From contig OX597828.1 of the NCBI GenBank assembly GCA_951406725.2, positions 11,532,001 to 11,596,000 of the forward strand: 64,000 bases of DNA. The letters run 5' to 3'. The stretch's first letter is position 1; each line of letters opens with the position of its first letter. Shown here one piece after another: positions 52,897-64,000 of this stretch. The position numbers and the translations under genes are program-made. The notes under the pieces are model-generated. The model searched no databases and was not told the origin of the DNA. It saw only the letters and a list, made by a program, of their open reading frames with translations. Origin of the DNA: Octopus vulgaris. Taxonomy: Eukaryota.

Positions 52897-53856
52897 GTAA
52901 GAATACATCAATAAAATGGGCACAGGCAAAAAGACCACATACCTCCAATCCAACATCAAATGAAGGAAGCTGGAGTCCAGCCAGATAAGAGTTGGCTGTG
53001 GGTACCATACTGGTTGAACTAATGAAAGTATGATGAAATATAAGTTGAACAGATTGTTGCATATGGCACCAAATGAATGGAAATATGCTACACAGAGGCT
53101 GACTTAGAAATAAACAGCAGAAACAATATTTCACAAAATATTTTCATCTTTTGATACCCCACAACCAAGTTACTATAGTTTATTCCATTTTAAATTCTTT
53201 CCTACCAATATTTATATTAGCTGTTTTCATATTTTCCTCTTCAGGCATAGAGAAAACTTCAGCCACAAAATACTATATCTCTCTCCGTTATTATTAACAT
53301 TCAAAATGTTACAACATCTTACAAAACTTTCTGTATATTTCCATTATTATTTCATTTCCTTTTTAATATTTCTCTGTCAAGAAGAACTTGTTTCACAGAA
53401 TAAAATTGATTTCTTCTCACTGAGCACAAAGCCAGACAAATTATTTATCATCAAATGAAACAGTGACCACAATATTTTCTTGGTTCTTATTTCCCTGGCT
53501 TTGGAGAGATGAAGAGCAAAGAAAATCAACTCTGGTAGTACTTGCACACAACAAAGTGGGCCAAAACAGTAAAAAAAAAACCTTTTCCACCTGTACATTC
53601 TACCATCAACACAGTGTAATACCTGTTATTACAGGGGTCAACAAGGGAGCCTTTAGATAGTCATTCAAGCTGAGAGAAATAGGAACTAAAACTCCATTAA
53701 CTTACATCTACCAACCATCTTGAAAATAGAAGGATGCATAGGATAATGTAGCCCTAGATATGCAATGCCTGAAGAAATGACTGATTGGTGCACTTTATAT
53801 TATAGGTTTGCTCAGTCAGGGCTAACCTTGGGCTAAACAATGCCAACAATTAATTA

Positions 53857-54018
53857 GGCACAGGAGTGGCTGTGTGGTATGTAGCTTCCTTACCAAACAC
53901 ATGGTTCTGGGTTCATTCCCACTGCATGACACCTTGGGCAAGTGTCTTCTACTATAACCTCGGGCTGACCAAAGCCTTGTGAGTGGATTTGGTAGACGGA
54001 AACTGAAAAGAGCCTGTC

Positions 54019-54070
<52 letters not shown>

Positions 54071-54300
54071 GAATGTGTGTGTATATGTTTGTGTGTCTGT
54101 GTTTGCCCTCCCCCCCAACATCGCTTGACAACCAATGGTGGTGTGTTTACATCCCCATAACTTAATGGTTCAGCAAAAGAGACCGATAGAATAAGTATTA
54201 GGCTTCCAGAGAATAAGTTCTGGGGTCGATTTGCTCGACTAAAAGGCAGTGCTCCAGCATGGCCGCAGTCAAATGACTGAAACAACCTAAAAGAGTAAAA
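53857..54300 (+). mobile_element. SINE family A
   Basis: Full length. Confidence 0.88.
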
Positions 54301-56091
54301 GCGTAATTAATTATTAATTAGTACATGGTCATTCCATCTGCTAGAAATAGTAGCTGAAACCTCACGTAAATTACACCCAGCATTTTGAAAAAGAAGGAAC
54401 ACTATATAATGTACACTTAGATATACAATGCTCAAGTAAAGGACGAGTTTGTCATGAATGGAATGCTTTTGAGGATAGGACTACTCTAGCCAAAGCTGAT
54501 CCAAGGGCTCAACAACAACAACTTCCAGTTACTATTATTATTCTCTTGCCATTTTGTTATTAAATTTCTTTATCCCATTGTCATTTATATTCTACTTGTT
54601 TCAAGCAGTGGACAATGGCCATGCTGGGGTCATGCCTTCAAAGATGTTGCTGCAGAAGTCAACACCAGCAATTATCTTTAGGTTTGATGCTTATTCTATT
54701 GGTCACTTGGGGGGTGCATGAAGTCATCTTTAAATGGGAGATGTGACTTGAATGCTTACAACAGACGGGACTTACAGTTACATAACTCACAAAACGAAAC
54801 TATCAAACAATCTTTTTACTTGCTTCCTGTCACATTTTCTGTACACAACTAACACTTTTTTGTAGCATTGAGATGTACACAAACAAAGATGATGGGGGAG
54901 AGGGTAAAAAACACAGACAGACAGACAGGCAAACAGACAGTTAGAGAGCAGTATCAGAATGCTGCCCTCTCGGAAGTTTAATATCCCGAAAATACATTCC
55001 AAGTTTGTTTACTTATAAGTGTAACTCGTCAACTCAGAAGCCATTATATTGTATTTAAAAAAAAGTATTCAAAATATAAGAGGAAAAATATATATATATG
55101 TATATAAATATATATTTTTCATTCATAAATTTCAGCTGCTTACACTTATGTTATATAACAAATATTGTCTTCTTTAAATGTTTTGTCGTAGGAAGAAAAG
55201 AAATATTTTAACTACGCAAAACTTCAAGACAGTTTTGGTGTAGTTGCAGACAATATGACCAAACTTCAACAATAATGTGCATGGCTTTGTGGTTAAGATG
55301 CTTGCTTGGCAACTACATGGTTTTAGGTTCAGTCTCACTACAAGGCACCTAGGGCTAATGTCTTGACCCAGAGACAAACAATGCTTTGTGAGAGATGGAA
55401 ATTTTGGAAGCCTGTCACGCGTGTGTGTGTGTGTGTTTGTTCCTCCAACACTTCTTGATAACCGGTGCCAGTTTGTTTCCATCCCTATAACCCACCAAGT
55501 AGCTTATAATGCTAGCTTTTCATGAGAAAAACAAAGTTTGGTCTCGCATGGGAGGTGTAGCGGTGTATCAGAAGCCACAGCTTTTGCACATAACATGGAA
55601 AGAATTTGAGATCAGATTTTCAAAAACTGGTATGAAAAGGAATAAGATAAGAATAAATTAGAATTTGCAAAGAATTATGTAGAAGATAAAGTACAGATTT
55701 ATGATAGCTGCAATCAAACTGGAAAATTGTTATTTGTTGTTTTAGGAATATGGCCAATTTTTAGGGGGGAGCAAGAGGACATATTGGATAAAATATTACA
55801 GAGATTTATATTTCTGACTCTAAATCTCCAAGAATGTAGAGAGATGACACTACTATAACAGTTTTATCTTTTATCTTTAATTTCTTTTAGTGATTGGACT
55901 GTGGCCATGCTGGGGCACAGGGACTCAGTCAAACATTGATGCCATAACTTTTCTTTTTTTAAGTCTAGTACTTATTCTCTCAATCTCTATGCCAGGACGC
56001 TAAGTAACAGGAATGTAAACAAAGCAACAGTGGTTCTCAAGCAGTGGTGGTAGAATGAACACAGACACAAAGACACTGTCTCTCTCAGTCT

Positions 56092-56136
<45 letters not shown>

Positions 56137-56701
56137 ATATACACACACTCATGCTGGGGCCATGTAAAACATACTTGTGCCTGTACCATGTAAAAAGTAC
56201 CCAATCCACGCTATAAATCAGGTGGTGTCTTTGTGCTACCCAGCCATAGAAACCTTGCCAAAACAGACAGCTGGAGCTTGGTGCAGTGCTCCAGCTTGCC
56301 AGTTCCTGTCAAACTGTCCAACTCATACCAACATAAAAAAAAGGACATTAAATGATGAGAACGGTGATGATGATGACGCACACACAAGCTTCTTTCAGTT
56401 TCTGTGTACTAAATTCACTCACAAAGCATTGGTTGCCCAAAGGCCCATAGTGGAAGATACTCGCCCAAAGAGAACTTGTAACGACGTGGTTGAAAAACAA
56501 GCTTCTTAACTACATAGCCATGCCTGCATTTATGGCTAGCCAAACTCATACTCAAACCATAATGTATTTCCTCGTAGTATATACAACAATGGTATTAAGA
56601 AGAAAACAAATGCAAAGAAAAAACGGACAAAAGAAAAGAAGCATAAAGGCCACAAAGAATATATATTTATTCTAATTAAATGAAACAAAGAAATTACTTA
56701 C

Positions 56702-56812
56702 TTTTATTCTGTCAACAAACTGGGGCTGCAAAAATACTGACCAAACAGACATCACCTGGCCGTTGATAAATATCTTCTCACATACCATCTGCCACTTGGG
56801 AAAATTTGTTTC
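56702..56812 (-). CDS. COG1: COG1 internal exon (111 nt, phase 0/0): ETNFPKWQMVCEKIFINGQVMSVWSVFLQPQFVDRIK
   Basis: Acceptor ttttcatgtag, donor gtaagt; 37 open codons; resembles recalled human SWDVLCRRLLEKPLLFWEDMMQQLFLDRLQ. Confidence 0.88.
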
Positions 56813-57099
56813 CTACATGAAAATATAAAGTAAACATTACTGACAATATCACAGACACAGTGCAATCAGAATTACAAATGGAAAACATTCAGTCGGCATT
56901 GTGAATATGGCAGCCCAACTGTAAGAGAAGTAGCTGTGAATGGCGGCGAGCTGGCAGAAACGTTAGAACGCCAGGCAAAATGCTTAGCGGTATTTCATCT
57001 GTCTTTACATTCTGAGTTCAAATTCCGCCAAGGTCAACTTTGCGTTTCATCTTTTCGGGGTGGTCAATAAATTACGAACCTGTTACGCACTGGGGTTGA

Positions 57100-57512
57100 T
57101 ATTCTTTTATTTGTTTCAGTCATTTGACTGCGGCCATGCTGAAGCACCGCCTTGAGTCGAGCAAATCGACCCCAGGACTTATTCTTTGTAAGCCTAGTAC
57201 TTATTCTATCGGTCTGTCTTGCCAAACTGCTGTGTGACAGGGAGGTAAACACACCAGCATCAGTTGTCAAGCGATGTTGGGGGGACAAACACAGACACAC
57301 AAACATATACATACATACACACACACACACACATATATATATATATGCGACGGGCTTCTTTCAGTTTCTGTCTACGAAATCCACTCACAAGGCTTTGGTC
57401 AGCCCAAGGCTATAGTAGAGGACACTTGCCCAAGGTGCCATGCAGTGGGATTGAACCTGGAACCATGTGGTTGGTAAGCAAGCTACTTGCCACACAGCCA
57501 CTGCTGCACCTA
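57100..57512 (-). mobile_element. SINE family A nested inside a family B SINE (56942-57100 + 57513-57590)
   Basis: Family B consensus ggggtcgatgtaatcgac is split at both edges. Confidence 0.88.
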
Positions 57513-58463
57513 TAATCAACTTAATCCCTTTGCCTGTCCTTGTTTGTCCCCTATATGTTTAGCCCCTTGTGTGCAATAAAGGAATAAGAAGTAGCTGTGA
57601 ATGAAGTTCTGTATCGGCAAGATGTGGATGCCACAAGATTCAGATGAGCTAAATACATTCTAGGAAGACAACTATTCTGGATAAAAAAAAAAAAATTGCA
57701 CAGATGCAGACTTGGTTGTATGATTAAAAGTTTGCCTCCTGACCACAGTTTTGGATTCAGTACCACTGCACACCAACTTGGGCAAATGGCTTCCACTATG
57801 GACTTGGGCTGATCAGAGTTTTGAGAATGGATTTGGTAGACTCCCACCATATCTTTGTGTATATGTGAGTATATATGTGTGTGCCTCTATCTTTCAACAA
57901 TGCATCATAGTTTTAGATGGATGTCACTGAATAACAGATATGAATAACCATATTTGGCCATGTGGAAATATTACATGGCTTGAAAACAGGTGACAGGAAG
58001 GGCACCCAGGCATCAGTAATCTGCCTCAATATACTGCCTGACCCATGCAAGCACAAAAAGTGGACTTTAAATTGTTGATGATGAGCTTGGCCACAGACAC
58101 ATTGTATCTCTTGAAATCAGTTGTCCAATTTTTATGTACAATAGTCAGAAATTTCTTACTCTTTTATTTATTCATTTTTATCTTTTTTTTGTTATTTTTG
58201 TCCCAAACATTAGAGTACAGTCATGTTGGGGCACCACCGTCAAAGTCTTTTTAACTTTTTTTTTTTTTTTTTTTCAGCTGAAGAAATCGACCCCCAGTAC
58301 TTACTTTTTAAAGCTTGCAACTCATTTTATCAGTGTCTTATGCTGAACTACTAAGTTATAAGGACATAAACAAACCACCAGTACCCAAATGATGTTCCAT
58401 TCTGAAGCAAAAGTACATTGAGCTCTAACACCAGGTTATTAGTACCACACAAGCAAAATATGT

Positions 58464-58715
58464 TCCTTCTCCTTCTCGAGCCATGCCAGGGTCATAGAGG
58501 CCGGTTTCCTGGTTTCAGTGGTGTACAAATTCCCTACCTGGACGGGACGCCAGTCCATCGCAGGATTACTCATTTTTGCCAGCTGAGTGGACTGGAGCAA
58601 CGTGAAAATGAAGTGTTTTGCTCAAGAACACAATGTATCGCCCGGTCCAGGAATCGAAACCAAAACCTTACAATCATGAGTCCAACACCCTAACCACTAA
58701 GCCATGCGCTTCCAC
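58464..58715 (-). mobile_element. tRNA-derived SINE (shared head, 'gcgatggactggcgtcccgtccagg' tail), full length
   Basis: A-box TGGCTTAGTGG and B-box GTTTCGATTCC; related copy at 45209-45440(+) and tail fragments at 59217-59277 and 6635-6720. Confidence 0.85.
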
Positions 58716-58720
58716 TTCTT

Positions 58721-58824
58721 AAATATGGAACACTTCACAAATTTGAGTGTCATCCTTGCGCAGTGCCATGCAAATCTTCTCTGTATTGTTCCCATTTTAG
58801 AATATGTACCGCCGTAGCTAGTAC
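58721..58824 (-). pseudogene. U6: Full-length U6 snRNA retrocopy (5' part of a U6-SINE chimera)
   Basis: Minus strand reads GTACTAGCTACGGCGGTACATATTCTAAAATGGGAACAATACAGAGAAGATTTGCATGGCACTGCGCAAGGATGACACTCAAATTTGTGAAGTGTTCCATATTT. ACAGAGA box intact; the AGC triad is mutated (TTAGC to TTTGC), the ISL has a substitution and deletion, CpGs have decayed; no upstream TATA/PSE, only (CA)n. Confidence 0.95.
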
Positions 58825-59185
58825 AAGCAACATATGTGTGTACGTGTGTGTGTGTGCGTGTGTACACAGACACACATACATCCATTCACAAGAATTTGGC
58901 CAGCTCAATAAGAGAAGGCAAAAAGCAATGGGGCCAAACCCAAACTACATGATTAGGAACCACTAAACAGCATAGATATGGTCGAGCCTATGTACCATTG
59001 TTAGCAATGTCCACTGATGCCAATGGAGAGCTGTTGTGAAAAGGTAGTGCAGATGGTTATGGGTGCTTGTCTTTCTACTTAACATTTTGCTCATCTGATT
59101 TCACTGTGTGTGAATACACATATATCCATTCATGCTGGACCTTATATATATAGTGTGTGTGTGTATGTATATCTATTTATCTATC

Positions 59186-59216
<31 letters not shown>

Positions 59217-59310
59217 GCCAGGCTCATAAGGGCCGGTTTCCCGGTTTCAGTGGCGTAGAAATTCCCCACCTGGACGACATATATATATATATATATATAT
59301 ACATATATAT

Positions 59311-59346
<36 letters not shown>

Positions 59347-59511
59347 TGATGCACGAGTGTATATATCTGTGTATGCATAGATATTTGCTTATATGCACAT
59401 GTGCATGCATACAAACATATATGCATGCAGACATGAATTTATATATCAATATATATACATATATATATCTATATAGATGGATAGATAGATAGATAGATAG
59501 ATATAGATATA

Positions 59512-59890
59512 TACTCTTTACTCTTTTATACGTTTCAGTCATTTGATTGTGGCCATGCTGGAGCACCACCTTTAGTCGAAGAAATCAACCTCAGAACTTA
59601 TCGTTAGTAAGCCTAACACTTATTCTAACATTGGTTTTCAGGCAATGGTAAGGAGGGGTACAAACACAGACACAAAGACACGCACATAAATATGTGTGTG
59701 TGTGTGTGTGAGAGAGAAAGAGAAAGAGTAAAGGGCTTCTTTCAGTTTCCATCTACCAAATCCACTCACAAGCTTTGGTCAGCCTGAAGCTATAGTAGAA
59801 GACACTTGCCCAAGGTGCCATGCAGTGTGACTGAACCCAGAACCATGTGGTTGGGAAGCAAGCTTCTTACCATACAGCCATGCTTGTGCC
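59512..59890 (-). mobile_element. SINE family A
   Basis: Head and tail present, middle deleted. Confidence 0.82.
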
Positions 59891-59907
59891 TAAATATATA
59901 TATATGT

Positions 59908-59961
<54 letters not shown>

Positions 59962-60585
59962 ATGTGTGTATTTTACACATAAAATTGCTGCTCTCCAGCT
60001 TTAAATACTACATTTCAATCAGACATGCTCTGGTATAGAAAATGTTCCTATTCTTATCATATAATCAAGACTGACCTAGCTAGTTGCAAACAGAATTCTG
60101 TTCTTTTGGCAAGATGCCAAATGTTACTGTACTGATCTGTCCAAGCCATGCCAGCAAGGAAAACAGACATTAAAACAGTGATAATTCATCGATCCAAACT
60201 TCTAAATGCAGTCACTTATTTTTGACAGAAATAAAGTAGGTCCGAGGCAAAACTTAATATCGCTAATTAACAAGCTTCCTCATAAAGAATATATTACATT
60301 GATACATTGTGTGTCTGTTGACAGGCACAAGAAAAGTTTACAGAGTGATGCCAGAGAAATAGGATAAGATTCCAGAAAAATATCGTTTGTTCTGAGATTA
60401 AAGTGACATATTATTTTAATAAGTTCAAATGTTGAAAACATCACCACGAGTTCAATTCTTAACCATAAGTTCAAAAAATAATGACACTATAATAAACTGA
60501 AATCTTAGCCAAATAATCATAAGTTTCATAATTTAACATCATAAGAAGGTCCATGTCTTAATAAAATTAATAAAGTTCAAATGTA

Positions 60586-60955
60586 CAACCACATGGTTCC
60601 GGGTTCAGTGACACTGTGTGGCATCTTGGGCAAGTGTCTTCTACTATAGCCTCCGTCTGACCAAAGCCTTGTGAGTGGATTTCGTGGACGGAAACTGAAA
60701 GAAGCCCGTTGTATTTATGTATGTGTATATATATGTATATATGTGTGTGTGTCTCTGTGTTGGTCCCCCCAACATCGCTTGACAACCGATGCTGGTGTGT
60801 TTACATCCCCCGTAACTTAGCGGTTCGGCAAAAGAGACCGATAGAAAAAGTACTAGGCTTACAAAGAATAAGTCATGGGGTCAATTTGCTCGACTAAAGG
60901 CGGTGCTCCAGCATGGCCACAGTCAAATCACTGAAACAAGTAAAAGAGTAAAGAG
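60586..60955 (+). mobile_element. SINE family A, 5'-truncated
   Basis: Matches the consensus from caaccacatggttccggg to the tail. Confidence 0.88.
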
Positions 60956-61361
60956 AAAAAGAATATCATCACAAATTCAAGTCAACCTCATCCTCATCAT
61001 TATCGTCATTGTTTAATGTCTTCCCAGCTGGAATACATTGGACAGTTTGGCAGATGCTGGCAAGCTGGAAGGCTGCACCAGGCTCTCGCTGTCTGTTTTG
61101 ACATGGTTTCTATGGTCAGGTGCCCTTTCTGACATCAGCCACTTTACAGACTGTATAGGGTGCATTTAAGTGGCACCGACATGGGTGCTTTTACCATGGT
61201 ACTAACACAGGTGTCAAGTAAATCATATGTAAATCATAATGACACTATTATCACCTGAAACACTAAGCACATGATCATAACAGCCATACCTTAACATTTC
61301 AGAAGCTCCATATCTTAACAACATTACTACAAGTTCAAATTTTATCAAACTTACTGCATTG

Positions 61362-61885
61362 AAATACTTATTTCTTTATTGCCCACAGGGGGCTAAATGC
61401 AGAGGGGACAAACACAGACAAGCAAAGGGATTAAACTGATTACATCGACCCCAGTGTGTAACTGGTACTTAATTTATCGACCCCGAAAGGATGGAAGACA
61501 AAGTTGACCTTTGTGGAATTTGAACTCAGAACGTAAAGACAGATGAAATACCTATTTCTTTACTACCCACAAGGGGCTAAACATTATCGATTGTCATTAT
61601 TGTCATCAGCATCATCATCATTATTGCCATTATTTGTTTTCTTAGTAACCAGTATCATCATCATTATCACCATCGTTATCTGCATTGTCATCACAAAGGG
61701 GACAAACAAGGACAGATATAGGTATTAAGTCGATTACATTGAACCCAGTGTATAACTGGTACTTAATTTATCGACCCCGAAAGGATGAAAGGCAAAGTTG
61801 ACCTTTGCGGAATTTGAACTCAGAATGTAACAGCAGATGAAATACCGCTAAGCATTGCACCCGGCATGCTAACGTTTCTGCCAGC
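61362..61885 (-). mobile_element. Tandem dimer of SINE family B with an internal foreign insertion
   Basis: Two units; ctgcattg on both sides; insertion 61584-61695. Confidence 0.82.
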
Positions 61886-63469
61886 TGCATTGCAATTCTT
61901 GGACGAAACTTGGGATTCTGTTTGCCTCATTCAGCCTATCAACAGTTCAATGGCCACAGTAGGAAGAGTATCCACCTTAACCATTTTGATGCCAACCTAC
62001 TTGATACCATCCTTACTTCTATGATCCAAACTTCCAGGTTTAAAGGGATCTAAAAACTTTTCATCAACATTTCATATCAATTTCATGTTAATTTATGTTC
62101 CAGTTCCAAACACCAGCTAAATAATGACAAAATTATTGTACTAAAATTTTCATTATCATCATTTCACATCCATTTTCCATGCTGGTATGGGTTGGATAAT
62201 TTGACAAGAGCTGGACAGCCAGAGAGCTACCCAGGCTCCAGCTGTTTGTTTTGGCAAGGTTCCTAAGGCTGGCTTTCCTAATGCCAACCACATTGCAGAG
62301 TATACTGTGTACACTTTATGTGGTACTGGTAAAGGGTAAAGACCCCCTTCGGTCATGAATAACCATGGGATTGCACCCAGAAAGTTCCTCTCTGAAGCAC
62401 AAGTCTGGGCAAAGTTGTTTATGGAAGACCAGCAGTTGTCCATGCATACCACCTTCCCCACTCCATGCCACCAATGTTATCCAAGGCAAAGGCCATTGCA
62501 GCTTGCTACCAGTGACATTGCAACTTACTTCTACAGCTGAGTGAACTGGAGCAACCGAAAAAAAGTGTCTTGCTTAAGAACACAACACAACACATGGTCC
62601 GGTCGGGGAATCAAACTCACTACCTCAGGATAGTGAGCTCAACACTCTAACCACTGAGTCAGGTGCCTTCACTATGTGGTTCTCATACAGGTACTCATAT
62701 ACCGTACCGGTATTTACAATGTGGCACCAGCACAGGTGTTTCTTATGTGACACAGATACAGGTGCTTTTTACATGACACCGTGACACTGACACAGGTGCT
62801 TTTTAAGGGGCACTATCATCATCATCATCATCATCACCATCGTTTAATGTCAATCTTCCTTGCTGGCATGAGTAGAATGGTTCAATAGGAGCCAGCCACG
62901 TAGAAGATTACACCCAGCTACTGTGTCTGTTTTGGCATGGTTTTTACGGCTGAATGCTCTTCCTAATACCAACCACCCAACCAAGCAGACTGAGTGCTTT
63001 TTACATGGTACCAGAAGAAGCGAGGTCAATTTTGGTATGGATTTTTTTACAGCTGTATGCCCTTCCGAATGCCAACCACTTCACAGTGTGAACTGGATGC
63101 ATGGGTGCCATGATTTAAACATTTATTGCTGCGAAAGAAGAGAATTCAAAGTGAAATATGGTAGCAAAACTGTTGAGAACTGTTTGTGCTTGAGCAAGTT
63201 TGGCTGATAGTAGGTAACACTTCAACTTCCCAGTTAGGATTAAATGGTAAGGAAGGGATCTACTATAAAAAAAAAAAAACTGTAGTGAGATTTGACAATA
63301 GAAGACAGACTTGGTAAAGATAGAGCAAAGAGCTAAGACACAGGGAGGTTGGATCTTACTAGATTTGGTTCTTACAGATGAAATTGAATGACAGATCACC
63401 AAGATAAATGAAGGATGCTGTTATGCAGTCCTACCCAACCCAAACAAGTTTGGGAAAATGGCCATTAAA

Positions 63470-64000
63470 CCAGTGATATTGGTGATGGTAATGATAAAAT
63501 CGAAGATGGTGATGATGAAACTAAGAGTGATGGCAATGGCGATAGTGATAATAACAATGATGATGAAAACAAGGATGGTAATGAAAATGATGAATGATGA
63601 TGGCGAGGAGGAGGGTGATGAGGACAATGAAAACAACAATGATAGTTAATGATGTAACTAGAAAAAAAAATGATATGAGTCATGGTCTGCGTATTTCTGA
63701 ATCTCTCACAGGGCAAGTACTGAAATCTGATCTAAAAACATTGGGGTCCCCCAAAAATGGGATTTTGGAACACACACACGCACGAACAATTGGAAACACA
63801 GAATCATCAAACTTATGACAACATGGAAAAAAAAGAACACGATGATCATGATGACAATAACAAAGCCACAAACATGAGCAATGAAAACAATTACAAGAAC
63901 AACAACTGTGATGACAATGTAGATAACGATGATGGTGATGATGATGATGATGATACTGGTTACAAGGAAAACAAATAACGACAATAATGATGATGATGAT
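63470..64000. repeat. Degenerate (GAT)/(AAC) trinucleotide low-complexity region
   Basis: Direct inspection. Confidence 0.85.

Larger units (their letters stand above)
13973..56812 (-). other. COG1: Partial multi-exon gene (8 internal coding exons), conserved oligomeric Golgi complex subunit 1; 5' and 3' exons not found in the window
   Basis: Exons join in frame: ETNFPKWQMVCEKIFINGQVMSVWSVFLQPQFVDRIK|SLIQYQLDSTAELTKRHLSKVVMELASPDER|SMFAEVDLAKFIWIESPADIPPNTAWIPASQKTLSSGGGLLMKACTYTPTIQS|LCKTFNDKLKTMLEDVTPYL...FDQLADSPEIK...CIIQ|VLEYISEQ...INK|VILVGRFCYALTDLCPHLYNCI...K|LHTL...WENIQSMLSERHLDSCQ|IWVTY...TASDIISTIT. Colinear with recalled human COG1 motifs (FLWSESPNDLPSDAAW, GLSMKA, FDRYADA, LFMARLCQSLGELCPHLKQCI, WQEVKE..YQVW). 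Recalled, not a database search. Confidence 0.9.

Noticed and set aside
58721-58824. Functional U6 gene
   Set aside because: Mutated AGC triad and ISL, no upstream promoter, flanked by a TSD and fused to a SINE.

Overview
AT-rich, microsatellite- and SINE-dense eukaryotic DNA. The repeat landscape is typical of an octopus (coleoid cephalopod) genome, which is an inference. The only protein-coding content I can support is eight phase-compatible internal exons of a minus-strand gene, all with canonical GT-AG ends (56812 down to 13973). Their spliced product matches the middle of COG1 (conserved oligomeric Golgi complex subunit 1) as I recall the human protein. The rest of the window appears to be intron, and essentially all ORFs in the supplied track that do not overlap these exons are artefacts of simple repeats and SINEs. 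The introns carry at least six SINE families, Tc1/mariner and TTAA-flanked DNA elements, a Helitron-like end and RTE-like fragments. Most notable: (1) several unrelated palindromic (fold-back) non-autonomous elements with minimal type-I hammerhead-ribozyme-like cores, including a tRNA-headed SINE + (AAT)n + hammerhead arranged head-to-head inside a 15-bp target-site duplication, consistent with Penelope-mobilised 'ribozyme SINEs'; (2) a full-length U6 snRNA copy fused to the 5' end of a complete tRNA-derived SINE within one target-site duplication; (3) modular tail-swapped SINEs, SINE dimers inserted as single units, and an inverted locally templated insertion.
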